This document shows, in pieces, positions 26,217 through 33,462 of a stretch of DNA of 64,000 nucleotides. Source of the DNA: a virus (taxonomy: Duplodnaviria; Heunggongvirae; Uroviricota; Caudoviricetes); IMG/VR virus record IMGVR_UViG_3300013121_000002, positions 43,976 through 107,975 of that record, one strand, 5' to 3'. The translations under genes were made by a program, and so were the position numbers. Within the stretch, counting starts at the first letter, position 1. Each line of letters opens with the position of its first letter. Under the pieces are notes generated by a model. It was not told the origin of the DNA. It did not search any database and worked only from the letters and a program-made list of their open reading frames with translations.

Positions 26217-27242
26217 CTACAAGCCGACCAAATTGCGAACGAACGCAGCACCGTCATCCGCCTGCAAATCACCGGGGTCTTTGACCCCATCAGGCAGCGT
26301 AACCAACCGAACACGCACCGGCAAAAAACGATCCGCCAGCCGCAACGCCCGCATCTGCGCATCGGCGTCGAGACACATGACCACCCGCGGAAAATGCTCA
26401 AGCCGCATCAGCGCCGCCGCCTGATCGTCCGACACGTTGAGGCCAAACAAACAGGTGCCGTACACACCGAGGTCGTGCCCCAGCGCCGACACCCGCAGCG
26501 CGTCGAACGGTCCTTCGCAAATCACCAACACCCGCGGCTTCTCGACAGCCGTCAGCACCTGCATCCCGAGCAGGGTCGAGCCCGGCGCAGCCAATGCCAC
26601 CGTCTCATCCTCGAACCGGGATTCCACCGGCAGCGTCTTGTAGCGCAACTCCTCATCGCGGAGGATCGTCCGCCCAGTCCATGACACCAGCCGACCCCAC
26701 GGATCGTACACCGGGATAATCACCCGGTAGCGATAGGGTCCGCGCAGGGCGTAACGCAGGTCATAGGCCCGCGCCATCCAGTTGATTTGCTTTACGGTAT
26801 AGCCACGCTGCCGCAGGTAATCCCAAAACGGATCGGCGAAACGCGAATCAGTATCGAGCGATTTGAACTCAGAGGGTAGCTCCAGCCGGGCCGGTCGCAG
26901 CCGCGACGCCGGGGCCGCGCCGAGCGCGACGCGCATCTGCATCGCGAAATCATCGTCGGTCGGCATACTGGCGGTGCCCTCGCCAGCCAACTCGGCCGCA
27001 CGCTCGAAAGAGCAGTGCAGCAAGGCTTGGATGAGCCGGGTCGCCTTGCGACCCCGGTGCGCCGCGTTGCGCCAGCAGTGCCACCCGGCACCACTCAGCG
27101 CGATGCTCATGTGCTCGGACTCGTCAGCGGGTCCGCAGAAGGGACAATGCACCGAGATATGCCCGCGGCCGGTGTTGGGGCCACGCGTAACGAATGGCAC
27201 ACCATGGCGCTCTAAGAACTTGGGCCAGTCGAGCGTAGCCAT
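26217..27242 (-). CDS. DnaG-like DNA primase (CHC2 zinc finger + Toprim)
   Basis: Zinc finger VHCPFCGPADESEHMSIALSGAGWHCWRNAAH. Toprim-like VLVICEGPFDALRV. Confidence 0.7.
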   Translation of the reverse strand: MATLDWPKFLERHGVPFVTRGPNTGRGHISVHCPFCGPADESEHMSIALSGAGWHCWRNAAHRGRKATRLIQALLHCSFERAAELAGEGTASMPTDDDFAMQMRVALGAAPASRLRPARLELPSEFKSLDTDSRFADPFWDYLRQRGYTVKQINWMARAYDLRYALRGPYRYRVIIPVYDPWGRLVSWTGRTILRDEELRYKTLPVESRFEDETVALAAPGSTLLGMQVLTAVEKPRVLVICEGPFDALRVSALGHDLGVYGTCLFGLNVSDDQAAALMRLEHFPRVVMCLDADAQMRALRLADRFLPVRVRLVTLPDGVKDPGDLQADDGAAFVRNLVGL

Positions 27243-27243
27243 T

Positions 27244-28818
27244 TCATTTCAGCATGGTCGAGGGGTCGTGCAGCAGCGCCTTAATGAGGTCGCGCCCCTC
27301 CTTGTGGTAATCGCGAATTTTCTGATCCACCGTGCCGAGGGTGATGAGATCGTACTGGAACACCCGACGCTCCTGACCCTGCCGCCACAGCCGACGTTCC
27401 GCCTGCTCGCGGTCGATGGCTGATACCGGGCTCTCATAGAACACCCCGTAGTTGGCGATCTGGAGCCCGTCGATGGAATAGGCACCAACCTTGTTGTTGA
27501 CCACGCACACCTGACACCGCGGATCGTCGGCGAACCGGGCCAACGATCCCCGCACATCCTTCGTGCCGGACCATAACCAAACCGAATCAAATCCCTCCTT
27601 GCGCAACCGCTCGACGATCAGACGACCACTGAACGTGAACTCATAAAAGATCACCATCTTGCGGTCGAACGGTAATTCGCTGACGAGATCGAGCAACAGT
27701 TCGAGCTTCGGATTATCCTTGAACGCGACCTCGACGCGCTCACCGGCCACCTCATCGGCATCGCGATCCGCCTCGGCAATACGAAAACTCAGGAAGCCCG
27801 ACGACAACTGCCGCATCCGCAGGAACGCGTTCTCCATCGCCTTCAGGTTCCCGCGCGCCGCCATGATCTCATCGACGACCTTGCGGTAGTAGCTCTGCGC
27901 TTCCTGCGGCAGACGCACCGTCTCGGCAATCTCCGACCGACGAGGCAGGTCGAGCAGTTCATCCATTTCGTAGGTGATCGAACGGTGCTGTAGAAGCCGG
28001 GCCAGTTTCTTTTTCTTGCGCTTGTCAAACGATTTGACCGCAAAGCCAAGGTCGTTTTTCGATTCGGTGAAGAACGCCTGCTGGAACAGCGACAACGAGC
28101 CGCCGAGCGATGCGCCCTCGTCGATCAGGTACTGCTGCGACCACAGCAGTGACGGGTCACGCCCGAACGGACGCCCAGCCAGCGCGTAACGAATGTCGAT
28201 GTCGTAGGTCAGCATCAACAGCATCTTGTTCGTTAGCGACTTAATGCCAACCCGCGTTGACTCATCAAACACCACCGCCCCGACGCCAGCACCAAGCTCC
28301 TCGACCAGCACCGGGTTGAGCCGCATCTTGACCTTACCCTTGCGCCGAACCCGCTCACTGACCATCGCCACCGCACCGGGATAGGTAACAAAAACGATGC
28401 CATCACCGAAGGCGCGCAGCTTGGCCCACTTCTGCTTCGACGAAGCACCATCGAGCGTGACGTAGGGAATGCCAATATTGTACTGGGCGTGCTGACGCTC
28501 CCACGTCGGGAACGCCTTGTCCGAGATAACGAATACAATGGCGCGCTTGATGCGCCCGATCTGGAACCAGTAGCGCAGCAACTCCAGCGACAGGAGGCTC
28601 TTGCCACCGCCCATGTCGATCCAGAACGAAAATTGGGGGTAGGCCACGCCGAGCAGAAAGCCCACCTTCTGGTGCAAGCGCAAGCCGGGCCACAGGTGCG
28701 GAGCCGGACGCATCCGGGCGAGCGCAGCGTCAATCTCGCGCCGCGGCAAATCCTTCATCCAGCGATGGTCGTCCCGCTCCTGCCGCAGGAACTGCTCAAT
28801 CGCAATAGCCGGGATCAC
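27244..28818 (-). CDS. SNF2/DEAD-like superfamily 2 helicase
   Basis: Motif I DMGGGKS. Motif II VVFDESTRV. C-terminal helicase domain with motif VI QAERRLWRQGQ. Confidence 0.75.
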   Translation of the reverse strand: MIPAIAIEQFLRQERDDHRWMKDLPRREIDAALARMRPAPHLWPGLRLHQKVGFLLGVAYPQFSFWIDMGGGKSLLSLELLRYWFQIGRIKRAIVFVISDKAFPTWERQHAQYNIGIPYVTLDGASSKQKWAKLRAFGDGIVFVTYPGAVAMVSERVRRKGKVKMRLNPVLVEELGAGVGAVVFDESTRVGIKSLTNKMLLMLTYDIDIRYALAGRPFGRDPSLLWSQQYLIDEGASLGGSLSLFQQAFFTESKNDLGFAVKSFDKRKKKKLARLLQHRSITYEMDELLDLPRRSEIAETVRLPQEAQSYYRKVVDEIMAARGNLKAMENAFLRMRQLSSGFLSFRIAEADRDADEVAGERVEVAFKDNPKLELLLDLVSELPFDRKMVIFYEFTFSGRLIVERLRKEGFDSVWLWSGTKDVRGSLARFADDPRCQVCVVNNKVGAYSIDGLQIANYGVFYESPVSAIDREQAERRLWRQGQERRVFQYDLITLGTVDQKIRDYHKEGRDLIKALLHDPSTMLK

Positions 28819-28825
28819 AGAGCTA

Positions 28826-30313
28826 TCATTCCTCGTCGGCAGCGCCGCCGCCCGGCTGTCCGGTGCGAGCCTGCATCAGCGACCAGTAGGTATCCGACAC
28901 CGGGGCCGACTGGACAACATACTGCCCTAGCCCATACGCCTGCGAAATCAAAATCGACTCATGGAACGGCGGCGCATTACGCGCGAACTCGACGTTGATG
29001 CGCGCCAGCCCCAGCATCTTCTCCTCGGCGGTCTGGCTGTAGGTGAGCACGTTGTCGGCGATATTCAGCTTGCGCACGTCCTCGGCCACCATGTCGCCAC
29101 GCGTCCGCTTGGCATTCAGGCTCGACCGATTTGATTGCGTCGGGAACACCCCGGCCATGTTGCGCTCGGCGCAAACGCCGCGCAGCCCTTCATAGATGGT
29201 GCCGAGGCTCATGCGATAGTTGGCGGCATCGACCTTCATCAGGTCGGGGTAATCGACGATCAGGATCGTCGGCACGAACCGCGCCGTGACCTCAAGGTGA
29301 TCGAGATAAGAGCGTAGCAGGTCGAGGGTGAGCGTGCCAGTCGGGAACTGCTTGATGAGGAGACGGCCAAGGTTGAACTCCTCGACGCGCTGGCGCAGCG
29401 CATCCTCGGCGGCCGGGTCGGCGAAATTGATTTCGGGATGACGTGTCTCGATCCGCCAATCGCGGAGCTTGAACTGCTCCTTGTCGTCAAAGAGGAGCAC
29501 CGTCTGGACCACATCCTCCTGCCAGCCGGATGCAAACAAACTCTGATAGTAGCGCCCGGCGATGCGCATTTCGTCGAACTCAAGGCTAATGTGCAGGATG
29601 CGCTCGCGCTGCATCAGGCCGCGGCGGCCGACGTGAACGCAGAACCACGACTTACCCGAGCCCTTCGGTGCGAGGTAGAGCAGCATTTCCTTCGGCGTCG
29701 GGCCGATGCCGAAGCGGTCGAGTTCCTTGATGCCGAGCGACAGCGACGCGTGCGCCGTGCTTTCGAGAAAGGTAAGCGTCCGCGCCGTATCGTTTAGCTG
29801 GACGCCTGTGCTGAACGTGTTGGTGCCCAGCCCCTCGAACCGCAACCCCTTGCTAACGATATTGATGATGTCGTCAGTGCGGTTTTCATCCCCTTGCGAC
29901 CAACGCTCCATCACGTCGGTCAGCATCGTCTTGACGTACTGGTCCTTGAGGAAATGCTGGGTCCGGTTGGCTATGTACTCGGCGTTCAGGCCGCGGGTCA
30001 GGCTGACGAGATCACCGAGAAACTTGCGCAGGCGCGGCCCCTGTTTGTCGTTTGGCGACAGCGACGAACCAAACAGGTCATCAACGTGAACGAGGCCCGG
30101 CGCACGCCGGTACATTTTTCGATAGTTGAGGAGCTTCGCCGCGACCTCGCGGTACAGGCCATCATCGAAGTCGCGTTCGCGAACCTGCCCGGCGATGATG
30201 CCTCCCCACTGCTCATCGACGAGCAGCGCCGCCAAGATCGACTCCTGTAGGGACGCCGCCAGATTGGTCGGCTCATCCGAATCGCCGCCAGAAAGCCGTC
30301 GCCGCTCGACCAC
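28826..30313 (-). CDS. DnaB-like replicative helicase (N-terminus MVERRRLSGG)
   Basis: Walker A LAPKGSGKSWF and a RecA-fold C-terminal domain. Size 495 aa. Lies next to the primase. Confidence 0.7.
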   Translation of the reverse strand: MVERRRLSGGDSDEPTNLAASLQESILAALLVDEQWGGIIAGQVRERDFDDGLYREVAAKLLNYRKMYRRAPGLVHVDDLFGSSLSPNDKQGPRLRKFLGDLVSLTRGLNAEYIANRTQHFLKDQYVKTMLTDVMERWSQGDENRTDDIINIVSKGLRFEGLGTNTFSTGVQLNDTARTLTFLESTAHASLSLGIKELDRFGIGPTPKEMLLYLAPKGSGKSWFCVHVGRRGLMQRERILHISLEFDEMRIAGRYYQSLFASGWQEDVVQTVLLFDDKEQFKLRDWRIETRHPEINFADPAAEDALRQRVEEFNLGRLLIKQFPTGTLTLDLLRSYLDHLEVTARFVPTILIVDYPDLMKVDAANYRMSLGTIYEGLRGVCAERNMAGVFPTQSNRSSLNAKRTRGDMVAEDVRKLNIADNVLTYSQTAEEKMLGLARINVEFARNAPPFHESILISQAYGLGQYVVQSAPVSDTYWSLMQARTGQPGGGAADEE

Positions 30314-30517
30314 CGCCTGCTCCCCTGATCCATGAAGGACGACAGTGGTAGCACAACGCCGAATGAAAAAAGAAGGCCCCCCGGATGCCCTCGCGGGGAG
30401 CCTTCACTTTTGCCCACCTATCACATACCCCAGCCGGTGGCCTCCGGGGCAGAGCGTGCCACACTAGTGAGTGGCACACCCTATGTGGTGATGACGCTAA
30501 CGAATGCAAGAGGGAGA

Positions 30518-30548
30518 CATAACGAAACGGGGAGGCTTTCGCCTCCCC
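30518..30548 (-). terminator. Terminator-like conserved hairpin module (type 1, copy 0)
   Basis: GGGGAGGC-GAAA-GCCUCCCC followed by GUUUCGUUAUGU on the minus strand. Lies in the leader of the DnaB gene. Confidence 0.45.
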
Positions 30549-30632
30549 GCTCGACCATGCCCCACCTTGGCTCACCGCACCGGACCCGGCCGCGCCACAC
30601 CTCGGCTTGCCTTGCCACACCTCGAAAATTGA

Positions 30633-31322
30633 TTAGGCTTTCGCGACCTTGAACGAGGTCACGCCGAACCGACCGTAAGTCGGACGGAAATCGGCGACGC
30701 CGACGAGACGACCGGCCTGTTCGATCACCTCGCGCAACGTAGAAGGCTCGATGTATTCCGGCAGAAGAACCATGATCTGGAACGTCGCCTTCCACCCGGA
30801 GCGCAGCGCCGGGCGAACACGAGTGACGCCGTTCCGCTGGATCATCACACGACGCCTGTCGAGGTAGTCCCAAGTCTTGAGCCCGGTCGGAGCGAGTTCA
30901 GTCAGCGAGACGACACCCGCCTTGAACAGGTCCATCGCCGACTTGCGCGGCGACCGCGGGTCTTGCCGGAACTTCGCGGCGGCGATAATCGCCTGCCGCA
31001 GATACTCGCCGGGAACGCTAATGAGCCCCCTGTCATTGCGGTACAGGTAGCTCTCCACATCGTCGGTTTTCTTCGCCTTGGAGTTCTTGGCGGCGACGCT
31101 CTTGGCCTCGACCGCCTCGTTGTTCCAGCGATGGAACAGGAGATCGCTGGTGCCGGTGATCTCGACCGTGGCGGTGTACGGAATCCCCGCCTCAATGGTA
31201 TTTGCCCCACCATTGGTGGGTTCGCTGACATGATCGACGCGCTTGCGCCGTGAACCACTTGCTTCCACGTTAAAACCTCCATTTGCCATCGCGATCACAC
31301 TCGGGATTGAGCACTGTCGCAT
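30633..31322 (-). CDS. Hypothetical protein
   Basis: 229-aa ORF. Possible start at MANGGFNVEASG. Confidence 0.45.
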   Translation of the reverse strand: MRQCSIPSVIAMANGGFNVEASGSRRKRVDHVSEPTNGGANTIEAGIPYTATVEITGTSDLLFHRWNNEAVEAKSVAAKNSKAKKTDDVESYLYRNDRGLISVPGEYLRQAIIAAAKFRQDPRSPRKSAMDLFKAGVVSLTELAPTGLKTWDYLDRRRVMIQRNGVTRVRPALRSGWKATFQIMVLLPEYIEPSTLREVIEQAGRLVGVADFRPTYGRFGVTSFKVAKA

Positions 31323-31332
31323 CTAGGCGAAT

Positions 31333-31364
31333 AATCAAATGGAGTGTTCGTTAGCGTTTGTCAA
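31333..31364 (-). promoter_or_regulatory. Promoter-like TTGACA-N17-CATTTG element directly downstream of the terminator
   Basis: Minus-strand reading: TTGACAaacgctaacgaacactcCATTTG. Confidence 0.3.
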
Positions 31365-31366
31365 CT

Positions 31367-31397
31367 ACAAACGAAACGGGGAGGCTTTCGCCTCCCC
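31367..31397 (-). terminator. Intrinsic terminator, type 1, copy 1
   Basis: GGGGAGGCGAAAGCCUCCCC + GUUUCGUUUGU on the minus strand. Confidence 0.5.
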
Positions 31398-31517
31398 GCT
31401 CGACCATACCCTGCCCGGCCGCGCCATACCTCACCGAACCGCGCCCCACCTTAGCCCTCCGCACCGTGCCCGACCGTGCCTTGCCATGCCAAACCTCACC
31501 CGACCTCACCATGCCTC

Positions 31518-31553
31518 TAATAAAAAGGGCGGCTGCCTTTCGACAACCGCCCA
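31518..31553 (-). terminator. Intrinsic terminator, type 2
   Basis: Minus strand: GGGCGGUUGUCGAAAGGCAGCCGCCC followed by UUUUUAUUA. Confidence 0.6.
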
Positions 31554-31646
31554 CCATGCCTTACCCGACCGAACCCTCACCTTCGCCCGGCCGTACCGGA
31601 CCCAACCTAGCCTCACCAGACGCAAATCGTCACAAGCCGGTGCCAA

Positions 31647-31678
31647 ACCAAATGGATGCTTCGTTAGCGTTTGTCAAC
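31647..31678 (-). promoter_or_regulatory. Promoter-like TTGACA-N17-CATTTG element
   Basis: Minus strand: TTGACAaacgctaacgaagcatcCATTTG. Confidence 0.3.
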
Positions 31679-31699
31679 CACAAACGAAACGACCTCACG

Positions 31700-31744
31700 T
31701 CCATTACAAAAAGAGCGAGGAGGCTTTCGCCAACTCGCTCTTTC
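31700..31744 (-). terminator. Intrinsic terminator, degenerate type 1 copy
   Basis: Minus strand: GAGCGAGUUGGCGAAAGCCUCCUCGCUC + UUUUU. Confidence 0.5.
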
Positions 31745-31784
31745 CGTTCAAAATGAGGTAACACTATGAGGTACCGCCTCACCG

Positions 31785-31817
31785 CTCAAATGGATGGTTC
31801 GTTAGCGGTTTGTCAAC
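31785..31817 (-). promoter_or_regulatory. Promoter-like TTGACA-N17-CATTTG element
   Basis: Minus strand: TTGACAaaccgctaacgaaccatcCATTTG. Confidence 0.3.
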
Positions 31818-31818
31818 C

Positions 31819-31849
31819 ACAAACGAAACGGGGAGGCTTTCGCCTCCCC
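31819..31849 (-). terminator. Intrinsic terminator, type 1, copy 3
   Basis: Same hairpin + GUUUCGUUUGU. Confidence 0.5.
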
Positions 31850-31995
31850 GCTCGACCATAGCTCACCGCGCCTGACCTAGCCTAGCCAGACCCCACCCGA
31901 CCACACCGTACCAAACCAAACCTGACCACACCCTACCGGACCCGACCGGACCATGCCGGACCTCACACTACCTAGCCCGACCTCACCCAGCCTAT

Positions 31996-32030
31996 AATAA
32001 AAAGGGCGGCTGCCTTTCGACAACCGCCCA
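31996..32030 (-). terminator. Intrinsic terminator, type 2, second copy
   Basis: GGGCGG...CCGCCC hairpin + UUUUUAUUAUAGG. Confidence 0.6.
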
Positions 32031-32103
32031 CCATGCCTTACCCGACCGAACCGGACCACACCACGCCTAAGCGTGCCGCTCCTGACCTTACCGGGGTGCA
32101 AAC

Positions 32104-32135
32104 CAAAATAAATACATCGTTAAGTGTTTGTCAAC
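32104..32135 (-). promoter_or_regulatory. Promoter-like TTGACA-N17-TTATTT element
   Basis: Minus strand: TTGACAaacacttaacgatgtatTTATTT. Confidence 0.3.
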
Positions 32136-32147
32136 AGCACAAACGAA

Positions 32148-32179
32148 ACGAGGAGGCTTTCGCCTCCCCGCTCGACCAT
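32148..32179 (-). terminator. Intrinsic terminator, type 1, copy 4 (variant)
   Basis: GGGGAGGCGAAAGCCUCCUC + GUUUCGUUUGUGCUG. Confidence 0.45.
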
Positions 32180-32273
32180 GCCCTGCCCGGCCGCGCCATA
32201 CCTCACCGAACCGCGCCCCACCTTGCCGTAGCCAACCTTACCGCAGCGTCCACTTAAACCAAAATCAAACTAC

Positions 32274-32831
32274 CTAGTCAACTCGGTCGCCAATCGTTTG
32301 GTCCCGAACTTGCGCTAACCAACCGAGAAGGAACGAACCAACATAGCCGGGAAAGGCACGATCCAGAGCCTCGGGAACAAAAGGCACGGCACGCAGCATT
32401 GATTTCAAACCAACCGGCTCATTTCTTATATCCTGCCAATTCGCCAGCGCCCCGGCGACCGCGCGACCAAGCAGGAGCCGCTGACCCTGATTGAGCGGAC
32501 GCCCGGCATGTTCAAGGAGGTGCTTCCTGACACTACGCGAGTGCTCCGGGTATTCCGGCGAGATCGACTTCACCGGAACGAACCGGCCGCTATCGGTGAG
32601 CAGGCCGCGCCGTTTCAGTTCATGGTAGATGCCCTCCAGCAGCCAGTCGATGGTGTTGCTGGTGCCGTCAGCCGCGTCGGTCGGCAGCGCCGTCCCGGCG
32701 TCGGCGATCACAGTGCCGCCAAGGCTCGCCCCGGAGATCAGCGCCCGGACCCGGTTCCTGACCTCGCGCAGTTGGGTCTGGCTCATGGTCGGCAGCGCCA
32801 CAAGCAGGGTCTGAAACTCGGCGTCTTTCAC
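32274..32831 (-). CDS. Hypothetical protein
   Basis: 185-aa ORF divergent from the 32983 gene. Confidence 0.45.
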   Translation of the reverse strand: MKDAEFQTLLVALPTMSQTQLREVRNRVRALISGASLGGTVIADAGTALPTDAADGTSNTIDWLLEGIYHELKRRGLLTDSGRFVPVKSISPEYPEHSRSVRKHLLEHAGRPLNQGQRLLLGRAVAGALANWQDIRNEPVGLKSMLRAVPFVPEALDRAFPGYVGSFLLGWLAQVRDQTIGDRVD

Positions 32832-32877
32832 CTATTGATTTCCCTATACAGGTTACGCCATATGACGAACTGCTAAC

Positions 32878-32962
32878 CAAACGCCATAGGCATAGTGCCG
32901 TAGGTAGGTTAGCAACTTGCTAACCAAACGCCATAGGCATGGTGCCGTAGGCAGGTTAGCAA
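32878..32962. promoter_or_regulatory. Two tandem ~44-bp palindromic operator-like repeats in a divergent promoter region
   Basis: ttgctaaccaaacgccataggcat(a/g)gtgccgtagg(t/c)aggttagcaa twice. Each has a 9-bp inverted repeat TTGCTAACC/GGTTAGCAA. Confidence 0.55.
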
Positions 32963-32982
32963 AACAAGAAAGGAGCCACTAG

Positions 32983-33453
32983 GTGGCTACTGCAAGAAAG
33001 CCGAAGGCTGCGCCTCAAAACGCAACGCCGGAACCGAAGCCCACCGCCAAGCCGCATCGGCAGCAGGTGGACAAATCGCGGATCATTCCGCTCCCGACCA
33101 TCCTCGAACGCAAGATCAAGTTCGGGCCAACGCTCAACGATCATGTCGAGCGTGTTCACGTCGCTCTGTACGCCAAGAGCGACGAATACCGCAAGTTCCT
33201 GTCGGCCGTCTATGACGACGACGCGGTGGAAGGCTCCCTGCGCGCCGACAACCTCGAACTCGCCCGGCTCATCCGCGACTACGCTGCGGAGAACGGCATG
33301 ACCGAAGTCGTCAAAAAGCCGGACGGCGGACAGCGCACCAAGGAATCCATCGTGAAGGCGCTCAACGTGGTGCTTCGGCGCTACGGCATCGCGCGGGAAA
33401 TCCGGCGCAACACCCTCGGCGGCGAGTACGTCGGCACCGGCAACGGCGACTAA
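32983..33453 (+). CDS. Hypothetical basic protein
   Basis: 156-aa ORF with a Lys/Pro-rich N-terminus. A GGAG RBS sits at 32970. Confidence 0.5.
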   Translation: MATARKPKAAPQNATPEPKPTAKPHRQQVDKSRIIPLPTILERKIKFGPTLNDHVERVHVALYAKSDEYRKFLSAVYDDDAVEGSLRADNLELARLIRDYAAENGMTEVVKKPDGGQRTKESIVKALNVVLRRYGIAREIRRNTLGGEYVGTGNGD

Positions 33454-33462
33454 CGGAAACTG

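Larger units (their letters stand above)
31330..32270. repeat. Tandem array of structured RNA/regulatory modules: a conserved ~60-bp double-hairpin unit alternating with CA-rich (plus strand) spacers
   Basis: The unit cgttagcgtttgtcaac(c/t)acaaacgaaacggggaggctttcgcctccccgctcgaccat recurs at ~31346, 31660 (degenerate), 31797 and 32118, plus a solitary copy at 30497. A second hairpin type, gggcggctgcctttcgacaaccgccc, occurs at 31528 and 32005. Confidence 0.8.

Noticed and set aside
25058-26284. Plus-strand 408-aa and 295-aa ORFs (25058..26284, 25128..26015) and the minus 163-aa ORF 25192..25683
   Set aside because: These are alternative-frame or antisense readings of the Ala/Lys repeat DNA (Arg/Leu/Gly low complexity). 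The minus-strand 25031..26113 frame has globular ends and a good start context.
30332-32257. ORFs inside the repeat array (30332..30652, 31339..31761, 31358..31756, 32033..32257 plus; 31351..31557, 31877..32101, 30481..30873 minus) as real proteins or as RiPP-like precursor peptides with a conserved leader MxxSLAFVNxKRN
   Set aside because: The apparent leader conservation is explained by the conserved hairpin DNA. One copy carries a 1-nt insertion that keeps the hairpins but destroys the frame. The tails are low-complexity Pro/His/Arg or Gly/Val/Arg strings.
30490-32270. CRISPR array
   Set aside because: The repeats are ~60 bp with internal variation. Spacing is irregular (about 150-310 bp). 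There are two different hairpin types, and no cas genes are nearby. The architecture fits terminator/promoter modules better.
31340-32270. Iteron-type replication origin upstream of the helicase gene
   Set aside because: Repeat spacing of hundreds of bp and GC-rich terminator-like hairpins with U-tracts are not iteron-like. No AT-rich unwinding element is present.
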